Of a DNA stretch of 64,000 nucleotides, positions 28,681-36,777 are shown in pieces. The stretch is taken from positions 256,001-320,000 of the forward strand of contig OZ244065.1 in the NCBI GenBank assembly GCA_965215505.1. Direction: 5' to 3'. The stretch comes from Capsulimonadaceae bacterium (GTDB lineage Bacteria; Armatimonadota; Armatimonadia; Armatimonadales; Capsulimonadaceae). The notes under the pieces were generated by a model, which was given only the letters and a program-made list of their open reading frames with translations, was not told the DNA's origin and made no database searches. The position numbers and the translations under genes were made by a program. The first letter of the stretch is position 1. Each line of letters begins with the position of its first letter.

Positions 28681-29226
28681 ATGCGTTCACGGGAAATCTC
28701 ATCACGGAAAATCTTACTGACGACACTCCTCCCCGCCCTAGGGATGGCGGGGCCAGCTCTCCTGACTGGATGCGGGGGTGGGGGCGGCGGGGGCGGCACC
28801 CCCGCGCCGCTCTCCGCCTCCGCCCAGACGCCGGACGGCCTGACGGCGACGCTGACACAGCAGAAGTCCGCCATCGCGCAGGGCGGGACCGTCACCTACA
28901 CGCTGACCTTGACCAACACCACCAGCCAGGCCATTTCTTATGAGCAGTTCCAGGGCTGCGGCTACGCCGGCCGGGAGAACGCCCACCTCCGCATCACGAA
29001 CGCCGCCGGGGAAGTCGCCTACCCGGCGGACCAGAGCGGGGCCTGCGGCCCGGTGACGCCCTCGCCGCCCGCCCTTGCGCCGGGGGCGTCCGTGTCGGAC
29101 ACCTACACGCCGCCCGCCTCGGCCTTCACCGCCGGCCACTACACCGTCGTCGGCTCGTTCGACACGATCTCCGGGGATGAGGTCCTGCAAACCAACGTGG
29201 GGCCTCTGACGGTGGACGTGACGTGA
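28681..29226 (+). CDS. Lipoprotein with Ig-like (BsuPI-like) domain
   Basis: Lipobox LTG-C followed by a Gly8 linker; VTYTLTLTN...LAPGAS...GHYTV beta-sandwich pattern. Confidence 0.7.
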   Translation: MRSREISSRKILLTTLLPALGMAGPALLTGCGGGGGGGGTPAPLSASAQTPDGLTATLTQQKSAIAQGGTVTYTLTLTNTTSQAISYEQFQGCGYAGRENAHLRITNAAGEVAYPADQSGACGPVTPSPPALAPGASVSDTYTPPASAFTAGHYTVVGSFDTISGDEVLQTNVGPLTVDVT

Positions 29227-29324
29227 GAGGGACAGGATCGGCTCAGTCGCGGGCGACTCACCTGAAGAGTCCCAAAGGGAATGTCAAGCCGTGAAGGCCG
29301 AGAGATCCCAGGAAGGCATCACTC

Positions 29325-30161
29325 ATGTGTTCACGTCTCAAGTCCACCTTCGCCCTCCTCGCCGCCGTGGGACTGGCCGCCTGGGCTGCGGCCCCCGCCC
29401 AGGCCCAAGACCTCGTCCGTGACGGGGGCTTCGAGCAGGCGCGTCCCGGTCCCCATGACGCGCTCGGCAATTTCGGTTCCAGAGACTTGGGCGACGGGTG
29501 GTTCGCCAGCAATGGGATCGTCTTCGTCAGTGACAACTCTCCCGCTCCGCTGTATTCCCACAGCGGCGCTCAATGCCTGGAAATCTTCTACAAGGGCGGC
29601 CAAGTCACCCAGAGCCTGAACACGGTCGCCGGCCAAACATACACGCTCTCATTCTATGCGGCCTCCGCAGACCCGACCAACTACATCGGCGTTCAGTTCG
29701 GCGGCGACTTCCTGCCGATCCCCGGACCCGTGCCGGCTAACGGTGCCGGGGACCCCTCCGACTTCACTTTCTACTCCCTCACCGTGACCGCCAAGTCCAG
29801 CAAGAGCGACCTGATTTTCACACAATACACGGAGAGGGCGACCGTCTACTTCGACGACATCAGCGTGACAAACGTCCCGGCATTGTCTTCCCTGACGTTC
29901 CCCGCCCCGGTCCCCGGAGGGACCGTCATTACAGCCACCGTCGCGCTCGGCGGAGCCGCCCCCGCCGATAACGTCGTCAGCCTATCCAGCAGCGACTCGT
30001 CGGTCGCGCGCCTGCGCCCGGCCGTGACTGTGCCGGCGGGGTCCAGCAGCGCCTCATTCGAGGTCGACACCTACCGAAGCCACGTCACCAAGACGGTGAC
30101 GATCAGGGCGACGCTGGGAGGAGTGGTCTTGACGAAGGACCTAACGATCACAGGAAGATAA
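29325..30161 (+). CDS. Secreted protein: galactose-binding-like (CBM4/9/DUF642-like) domain plus C-terminal Ig-like domain
   Basis: Signal peptide ending AQA; LVRDGGFE...TVAGQTYTLSF...YFDDISV; C-terminal VSLSSSD...VTVPAGSSSASF...VTIRAT. Confidence 0.7.
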   Translation: MCSRLKSTFALLAAVGLAAWAAAPAQAQDLVRDGGFEQARPGPHDALGNFGSRDLGDGWFASNGIVFVSDNSPAPLYSHSGAQCLEIFYKGGQVTQSLNTVAGQTYTLSFYAASADPTNYIGVQFGGDFLPIPGPVPANGAGDPSDFTFYSLTVTAKSSKSDLIFTQYTERATVYFDDISVTNVPALSSLTFPAPVPGGTVITATVALGGAAPADNVVSLSSSDSSVARLRPAVTVPAGSSSASFEVDTYRSHVTKTVTIRATLGGVVLTKDLTITGR

Positions 30162-30299
30162 ACCGGGCGGAAGATGAACCGGGCGGATTGTTCTTCTCGG
30201 GCCGGTGTTCAAGGTCGTTGGTCGGTCGCTGACGATCCGCTTCTCGCCCATCCGCCGGAGCCGGTGCTTGACTGATGTTACGCAGGCCGTGCGCCGTGC

Positions 30300-30444
30300 C
30301 GATTGGTTGAAAACCACTCGCTAGGAGGGGTGTCCTTCGGACACCCGAGATGGCCCCGAGATGGCCCCTTAGCGGCAGGGACATCCGGCACCCACATTCC
30401 CGTTCGCAGAACGCTTCTCCGAGCGAGTGGTTTTCAATCACTCT
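30300..30444. repeat. Divergent copy of the four-palindrome REP-like element
   Basis: CGATTGGTTGAAAACCACTCG ... GGTGTCCTTCGGACACC ... CGAGTGGTTTTCAATCACTC; internal 11-bp tandem CCGAGATGGCC x2. Confidence 0.7.
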
Positions 30445-30602
30445 CGCTCCGCCGAGGCATCGCACTAGGGAGAGGCGGCAGACGGTGCGTAACATCAGTG
30501 CTTAAGTCAAACCTCATCCCGGCGGGTACTTAGCAGGATTTATGGCCGGCGACACAATCCGCACCAACGGCGAGCAGTACTCCCGCTCCCTGTTCCTGCA
30601 CG

Positions 30603-30692
30603 GGCTACGGCGGCTATGTCGGTCCCGAGTTCATCCCCAAGGGCGACCCCGCCGCGGCCCTGGAAGCGGCGAATCCCCTTTGCGGCGTGTGA
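30603..30692 (+). pseudogene. Duplicated 3' end (90 bp) of the hydroxypyruvate isomerase gene
   Basis: Ungapped 78/90 identity to 24423-24512 by manual alignment; [29 protein letters not shown] versus [29 protein letters not shown]. Confidence 0.88.
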
Positions 30693-30695
30693 CGG

Positions 30696-30723
30696 GCAGG
30701 AAATCGGCGGACGGACGGGGAAA
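30696..30723 (+). promoter_or_regulatory. Putative sigmaH-like promoter (copy 6)
   Basis: GCAGG-AAATCGGCGGACGGAC(16)-GGGGAAA, ~25 nt before the ABC gene ATG. Confidence 0.55.
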
Positions 30724-30747
30724 CTATACGGAAGGAAGATCAAGATC

Positions 30748-33195
30748 ATGCCTCCGTATTTGCTGCGCTCCCTCCGCGTCCTGTCACTGCTGACGCTCGC
30801 CCTCCTGACGCCCGCCCTCGTGCCAGGGTCCTACGCCGCCGACCCCGTCCGCCTCGTCATCTGGGGCATGGAGTCGAGCGCCGAGTCCAAAGACATGGAC
30901 GCCAAGATCGCCGTCTTCGAGCAGCGCCACCCCGACATCAAGATCTCCGCCCTGTCCATGGGGGCGGGCGCGATGAACCCCCAGAAGCTGATGACGGCCA
31001 TCGTCGGCGGCGTCCCCCCCGACCTCGTCCAGCAGGACCGGTTCACCATCGGCGACTGGGCCAGCCGGGACGCCTTCCGGCCGCTCGACGACATGCTCAA
31101 AGAGGACGCCGCCTCGGCAGACCCCCTCGCCATCCACGAAAAAGACTATGTCCCGGCGGCCTGGACCGAGACGCTCTACAAAGGCCACGTTTACGCCATC
31201 CCGAACGACACCGACGACCGCGTGCTCTTCTACAACCGGACGCTGTTCCGGGAAGCCGGGCTGGACCCGGACAAGCCCCCGCAGACCTGGGAGGAGCTGA
31301 TCACGGACGCGAAGAAGCTGACCAAGCGCTCGCCGAACGGCGGCTTCGAGCGGATGGGGTTCGTCCCGCTCTTCGGGCAGGGCTGGCTCTACCTCTGGTC
31401 CTGGCAGGAGGACGGCGAGGTCATGTCGGCGGACGGCCGCCGCTGCACCCTGGGCAACCCGCAGACCGTCAAGGCGCTCTCGGCCCTCGTCTCCTGGTAC
31501 GACGCCCTGGGCGGGGTGGACGCCATCAACGCCTTCTCCGGCGGCTTCGGCAGCGACGCCCAGGACCCGTTCATCACGGGCAAATTGGCGATGCGCGTCG
31601 AGGGCGACGGCTTCATGAACTCCGTCGCCCGGTACAGCCCGGACCTCGACTTCGCCGCCGCGCCGGTCCCCGTCCCCGAAGAGCGCCTGCACCACTCGGG
31701 GCGGTTCGCCCGCGACTCCACCTGGGTGACCTGGTCCGGCGGCCACTCGTTCGCCGTCCCGCGCGGCGCGAAGCACGTCCGCGAGGCCTGGAAGTTCATG
31801 CAGTGGTTCAACTCGCCCGAGGCGTCCCTGATCGGGGCTAAGGCCCAGGCGGCCTACGCGCGGGGCAAGGGTCGCCTGTACGTCCCGCCGCTGTTCGCCA
31901 ACATCCCCGCCAACCGGCTGGTCTTTGCGGCCTTCAAGTCCAGCCTGCCGCCCAAGTACATCCGGGCGAAGACGGTCAGCACGGACCTCCTGCCGCAGAC
32001 CCGGTTCCGCCCCGTCACCTTCGTCGGCCAGCGCCTGTGGGACGAGCAGGTGCGCGCGGTGGACCGCGCCCTGCGGCACTCGCAGACGCCCCGGCAGTCG
32101 CTCGACGCCGGGCAGGCCGCCGTGCAGAGCGAGCTGGACGGCGTGTACGGCCGCGAAACGCACCCGCTGCTGGCCTCCGGCCCGGTCGCGGTCGCCGTCG
32201 GGCTGATCGTCCTGGCGGGCTTCGCGGTCCTCGGCATCGGCACGGCGCGCTGGATGGGCAGGCATCAGGAGGCGAGCCGGGCCGAGGCGCGGGCGGGCTT
32301 CCTCTTCGTCCTGCCCTGGGTCTTCGGCTTCGTCGTCTTCACCCTGGGGCCGATCCTGGCCTCGCTCGTGCTGTCCTTCTGCGACTATGACGTCCTGCAC
32401 GCGCCGCGCTGGGCGGGCGCGTCCAACTACCAGACTCTGGTGACCCAGGACCGGCCCCTGGTCCTGAAGAGCCTCGGGAACGCCGCGTACCTCGCCGCCG
32501 TGGGCATCCCGCTGGGCATGATCACGAGCCTGACGATGGCCCTGCTGCTGAACACCAAGCTGCGCGGCCAGCAGTGGTATCGGACCTTCTTTTATGTGCC
32601 CAGCATCGTGCCGGTCGTGGCGACCTCGGTGCTGTGGGCCTTCATCCTGAACTCCGACGCGAACCGGGGCCTGGTGAATGCCGCCTGGCAGGCGACCATC
32701 TCGCACTGGTTCGGCCTGCCGCCGCCGGGCTGGCTCTCGGTGCCGGCCTGGGCGAAGCCCGGCCTGATCTTCATGGGCCTGTGGGGCGCGGGCGGGGGCA
32801 TGATCCTGTGGCTGGCCGGCCTCCAGTCCATCTCGCCGACTCTCTACGAGGCGGCCTCACTGGACGGCGCGGGCTGGTGGTCCCAGTTCCGCCACGTCAC
32901 GCTGCCGATGCTCTCGCCCTACATCTTTTTCAACCTGATCATGGGGACGATCGGAGCCTTGCAGACCTTTGAGACCGCCTACATCCTGGGCGGCACGAGC
33001 GGGGGCAGCAGCACGGGGCCGGACGACAGCCTGCTGATGCCGGTCGTCTACCTCTTCAACAACGCCTTCCAGTACTTCAAGATGGGCTACGCCAGCGCCC
33101 TCGCGTGGCTGCTGTTTATCTTGATACTCGGTCTGACCCTGGGCCAGCTCAAGATGGCACCGCGCTGGGTGCATTACGAAACGGGGGGGAAATAG
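30748..33195 (+). CDS. Carbohydrate ABC transporter: solute-binding protein fused to permease
   Basis: Signal peptide, family-1 SBP motifs (PPDLV, YAIP, LFYNRTLFREAGLD, PPQTWEEL), then a TM domain with EAA loop LYEAASLDGA. Confidence 0.92.
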   Translation: MPPYLLRSLRVLSLLTLALLTPALVPGSYAADPVRLVIWGMESSAESKDMDAKIAVFEQRHPDIKISALSMGAGAMNPQKLMTAIVGGVPPDLVQQDRFTIGDWASRDAFRPLDDMLKEDAASADPLAIHEKDYVPAAWTETLYKGHVYAIPNDTDDRVLFYNRTLFREAGLDPDKPPQTWEELITDAKKLTKRSPNGGFERMGFVPLFGQGWLYLWSWQEDGEVMSADGRRCTLGNPQTVKALSALVSWYDALGGVDAINAFSGGFGSDAQDPFITGKLAMRVEGDGFMNSVARYSPDLDFAAAPVPVPEERLHHSGRFARDSTWVTWSGGHSFAVPRGAKHVREAWKFMQWFNSPEASLIGAKAQAAYARGKGRLYVPPLFANIPANRLVFAAFKSSLPPKYIRAKTVSTDLLPQTRFRPVTFVGQRLWDEQVRAVDRALRHSQTPRQSLDAGQAAVQSELDGVYGRETHPLLASGPVAVAVGLIVLAGFAVLGIGTARWMGRHQEASRAEARAGFLFVLPWVFGFVVFTLGPILASLVLSFCDYDVLHAPRWAGASNYQTLVTQDRPLVLKSLGNAAYLAAVGIPLGMITSLTMALLLNTKLRGQQWYRTFFYVPSIVPVVATSVLWAFILNSDANRGLVNAAWQATISHWFGLPPPGWLSVPAWAKPGLIFMGLWGAGGGMILWLAGLQSISPTLYEAASLDGAGWWSQFRHVTLPMLSPYIFFNLIMGTIGALQTFETAYILGGTSGGSSTGPDDSLLMPVVYLFNNAFQYFKMGYASALAWLLFILILGLTLGQLKMAPRWVHYETGGK

Positions 33196-33196
33196 G

Positions 33197-34297
33197 ATGG
33201 CGAACAATGCCCTCTTCTGGCTCCTCTCCGTCGTTCTCGGCTACGCCGCCCTCGCCTTCTGGGCCGCGAACGGCCTGCGCGCCCTGCGGCGGCGCGAAAG
33301 GCCGCTGACGGCCGGCCTGCTCGCGCTGCCGTTCCTCGTCGTCTTGGCCGCCGTCTTCCTCGCGCCCGGCCTGCGGCTCCTGCTGGCGGCCGTCCTGCTG
33401 GCGGGCGGGACCCTGGTCCTGACGCGCGCCCTCGCCCCGCGCGCCGCCCTGCTGCCCGAGCGGGAAACAAAGCTGACATTGCTGCATCTGGCCCTGATTT
33501 CCGGGTCGGCCCTGTTCCTGGTGCCGTTCGTGTGGCTCGTCGTCACGTCCCTCAAGACCGACGCCGAGATCGCCATCTACCCGCCGGTCTGGGTGCCGCA
33601 CCCGGTCTTGTGGCGTAACTACCCCGATGCCTTAAAGTTTTTACCGCCCGGCAGCGGCTACGGGCTGCTGAACTTGGGCAACACGCTCGTCATCGCGGTC
33701 ATGTCCGTGCTGGGGACCGTGCTGTCCTCGTCCTTCGTCGCCTACGGGTTCGCCCGGATGCGCTGGCCCGGCAAGGACTGGCTGTTCGGCGTCCTGCTGG
33801 CGACGATGATGCTGCCGGACGCGGTGACGATGATGCCGCGCTTCCTGATCTTCCGCCAGCTTCACTGGATAGACACCCTGCTGCCCCTGTGGGTGCCCTC
33901 GTTCTTCGCGTCGGCCTTCAGCGTGTTCCTCCTGCGCCAGTTCTTCATGGGCATCCCGCAGGAGCTGGAAGACGCCGCGAAGATAGACGGCTGTGGGCCG
34001 TTCACGACCTGGTGGCGCGTGATGATGCCGCTGGTCAAGCCCGCCCTGGCCGCCGTCACGATCATGACGTTTTTGGGTGCCTGGAAGGACTTCCTGGGGC
34101 CATTGATCTACATCTCGTCGCCCGAGAAGATGCCGCTGTCGTATGTGCTTCAGCTTTATAACGCCGCCCACGGCGGCGAGCCGGGCCTGCTGATGGCGGC
34201 GACAACATTGGTCGTGCTGCCGGTCATCGTGCTGTTCTTCTTCACCCAGCGGTACTTCATCGAGGGCGTCTCGTTTACGGGGCTGGGGGGGCGGTGA
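33197..34297 (+). CDS. Carbohydrate ABC transporter permease with N-terminal TM extension
   Basis: PFVWLVVTSLK, ELEDAAKIDG, FFFTQRYFIEG. Confidence 0.93.
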   Translation: MANNALFWLLSVVLGYAALAFWAANGLRALRRRERPLTAGLLALPFLVVLAAVFLAPGLRLLLAAVLLAGGTLVLTRALAPRAALLPERETKLTLLHLALISGSALFLVPFVWLVVTSLKTDAEIAIYPPVWVPHPVLWRNYPDALKFLPPGSGYGLLNLGNTLVIAVMSVLGTVLSSSFVAYGFARMRWPGKDWLFGVLLATMMLPDAVTMMPRFLIFRQLHWIDTLLPLWVPSFFASAFSVFLLRQFFMGIPQELEDAAKIDGCGPFTTWWRVMMPLVKPALAAVTIMTFLGAWKDFLGPLIYISSPEKMPLSYVLQLYNAAHGGEPGLLMAATTLVVLPVIVLFFFTQRYFIEGVSFTGLGGR

Positions 34298-34374
34298 TGG
34301 CAGAGCGCCTGAATCAAAGATGTCACGCGGTAGCTCCGGCATCTGGGATGATCGGGTGACTCTGGCAAACGGTT

Positions 34375-34539
34375 CGGGCGTGTGAGGACGAGTGATTGAA
34401 ATCACTCGCTCCTCTCGGATTTGTCCAAGGGACAATCGGACAGAAGGAGGCTACCCTCGACTACCGTACTCCCTCTTCTGTCCCCTGGACAGGTCTGGCG
34501 CGCAGCGAGTGATTTCAATCACTCGTCCTCACACGCCCG
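34375..34539. repeat. Four-palindrome REP-like element, copy B
   Basis: Outer palindromes 34389-34408 and 34506-34525, inner TTGTCCAAGGGACAA and CTGTCCCCTGGACAG; flanks CGGGCGTGTGAGGA/TCCTCACACGCCCG extend the inverted repeat. Confidence 0.9.
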
Positions 34540-34592
34540 GCGGCTGTGGCTGCCACAAGGCATTATCAGTAAAGATGACAGAAGCAAATGCC

Positions 34593-36728
34593 ATGACACA
34601 GAATGACCCCCCGCCCGCCGACCCCGGCCAAACCCTGGAGCGGACCTCGTTCCAGACGAGTGCGCCGTGGGACCCCGGTTTGCAGCTCGGGTCGGACGTC
34701 GCCATGTGCTACGGGATCGGGCCGGACCTCGCCGCGCGCATCGCGGGATGGAAGAGGCAGGGCTACCGGGTCCACGTCATGACCGGGGTGTCCTGGGGGG
34801 AGTATCAGGACTATCTGTACGGGCGGTTCGACGGCGTGAACCACGAGGACGAGGCGCAGCAGGAGCGAAATGGGCACAAGATCTCGCACGGCGGCGACGT
34901 GTACTACATGTCGCCGGGCGAGAGCTACGGCAAGTTCCTGTGCCTCGGCGTCAAGCGCGCCCTTGATGCCGGGGCGGAGGGCATCCACCTGGAGGAACCG
35001 GAGTTCTGGGTGCGGGCGGGCTGGAGTCCCGGCTTCAAGCGGGAGTGGAAGGCGTACTATAACGAGGAGTGGGTCGCGCCGGACTCGTCGCCCGACGCGC
35101 AGTACCAAGCCTCGCAGCTCAAGTATTTTCTCTACCGCCGGGCCTTGACACAGATATTCGACTTCGTGAAGGCGTATAACCGGGAACACGGGACGGGGGC
35201 CAAGTGCTATGTTCCCACGCACAGCCTGATCAACTACGCCCATTGGGGCATCGTCAGCCCCGAGTCGAGCCTGCTGGAAGTGGGCGCGGACGGCTTCATC
35301 GCGCAGGTGTGGACCGGCACGGCGCGCGAGCCGAACGTCTACGAGGGGCGCAAGAAGGAACGTACCTTCGAGACGGCTTTCCTGGAATACGGGGCGATGA
35401 TGAACGTCGTCCGGGCCAGCGGCAAGGCGGTCTGGTTCCTGAACGACCCCATCGAGGACAACCCCGACTACTCGTGGCGCAACTACCGGGCCAACTGGGA
35501 GAGTACCCTGACCGCCTCATTGCTGTGGCCGCAGGTGTGGCGGTTTGAGGTCATGCCCTGGCCGGAGCGCATCTTCCACGGGACGTATCCCACCCTGGAC
35601 CGTTCGGAGCGCAAGGCCGGCGCGACGGTCGAGAAGGAGGCTCTGCCGACGGCCTATGGCACCGAGCTGATGACGGTCATCAACGCCCTGAACGACATGG
35701 ACCATCCCGAGAGCGAGTGGGACTGCGGGACGCAAGGGGTGGGGGTCGTCGTCGCGGACACGCTGATGTTCCAGCGCGGCGGGCCATCCCCGTCCGACCC
35801 ACACCTGGGTTCCTTCTACGGCCTCGCCATGCCGCTCCTCAAGCGCGGCCTGCCGGTCGAGCCGGTGCAGATGGAGAACGCCGTCCTGCCCGGTGCGCTC
35901 GCCCCTTACAAAGTTTTGCTGATGACCTATGAGGGCATGAAGCCGCCGAGCGCCGAGGCGAGTGCCGCATTAGCGGAGTGGGTCAAGGCCGGCGGCGTGC
36001 TGGTGTTCGTGGACGATGACACGGACCCGTTTAACCGGGTCCACGCCTGGTGGAACACGGCCCCGCACCAGTACGCGACGCCGCGACAAGCCCTGTTCGA
36101 CCAACTAGGACTGGCCCGTGGCACCGGGCCGAGGGTATACCGCGTCGGGGATGGCATTCTCCTCTATGATGTCGCCAGCCCCGCCGCTCTGACGTACCGG
36201 ACGGATGGTGCCGGCCATGTCCGGGGCCTCGTCGAAGACGCCTGCCGCGTTGCCGGCCTCGCGTACCGGGAGACCAACTACCTGTCCCTGCGCCGAGGGC
36301 CTTACGTCATCGCGGCGGGCCTGGACGAGTCGCTGCCGGACGCCCCGCACACGCTCACCGGCCGCTTCCTGGACCTTTTTGACGCCGAGCTGCCTATCCT
36401 GGAGACGGTCGCCCTCGTCCCCGGCAGCCGCGCCCTGCTGCTGGACCTGGACCGGGTTCCGCCCCAAGGCCCTGTCATTCTGGCGGCGGCCTGCAAGACG
36501 CGCGGGGCGGAGGCCCCTCCCGGCGGCGGATTCCGGTTCCACTGCGCCGGGCCGGACGGCACCGAAGCCGCCATCCGCCTGCGCCTCGGCGATGCGCCGC
36601 GAGCGGTCACGCTGGACGAAGCGCCGCTGCCGCCGGGCGCGTCGGAGTGGGACGCGGCGACGCGGACGCTCCTGCTGCGCTTCCCGAACTCTGCGTCCGG
36701 GCAGTGGGTCACGCTGCGCCGAACATGA
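34593..36728 (+). CDS. Hypothetical protein, probable glycoside hydrolase-like (TIM barrel plus GH42-type middle domain)
   Basis: GAEGIHLEEPEFW, LNDPIED, YKVLLMTY...LAEWVKAGGVLVFV (GATase-like middle domain). Lies right after a sugar ABC transporter. Function is inferred. Confidence 0.6.
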   Translation: MTQNDPPPADPGQTLERTSFQTSAPWDPGLQLGSDVAMCYGIGPDLAARIAGWKRQGYRVHVMTGVSWGEYQDYLYGRFDGVNHEDEAQQERNGHKISHGGDVYYMSPGESYGKFLCLGVKRALDAGAEGIHLEEPEFWVRAGWSPGFKREWKAYYNEEWVAPDSSPDAQYQASQLKYFLYRRALTQIFDFVKAYNREHGTGAKCYVPTHSLINYAHWGIVSPESSLLEVGADGFIAQVWTGTAREPNVYEGRKKERTFETAFLEYGAMMNVVRASGKAVWFLNDPIEDNPDYSWRNYRANWESTLTASLLWPQVWRFEVMPWPERIFHGTYPTLDRSERKAGATVEKEALPTAYGTELMTVINALNDMDHPESEWDCGTQGVGVVVADTLMFQRGGPSPSDPHLGSFYGLAMPLLKRGLPVEPVQMENAVLPGALAPYKVLLMTYEGMKPPSAEASAALAEWVKAGGVLVFVDDDTDPFNRVHAWWNTAPHQYATPRQALFDQLGLARGTGPRVYRVGDGILLYDVASPAALTYRTDGAGHVRGLVEDACRVAGLAYRETNYLSLRRGPYVIAAGLDESLPDAPHTLTGRFLDLFDAELPILETVALVPGSRALLLDLDRVPPQGPVILAAACKTRGAEAPPGGGFRFHCAGPDGTEAAIRLRLGDAPRAVTLDEAPLPPGASEWDAATRTLLLRFPNSASGQWVTLRRT

Positions 36729-36777
36729 GGCCGAAAAATGCCGCTAAAAACGGCGCGCGGCGGGTAAAATAACGGAG

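Noticed and set aside
30480..30560. Possible IS/MITE end or further sigmaH-like promoter (GCAGGATTT at ~30533)
   Set aside because: No partner inverted repeat was found, and there is no GAA element at the expected spacing.
25747..30692. RiPP biosynthetic cluster around tldD/pmbA
   Set aside because: No YcaO, radical SAM, lanthipeptide enzyme or credible precursor peptide is visible.
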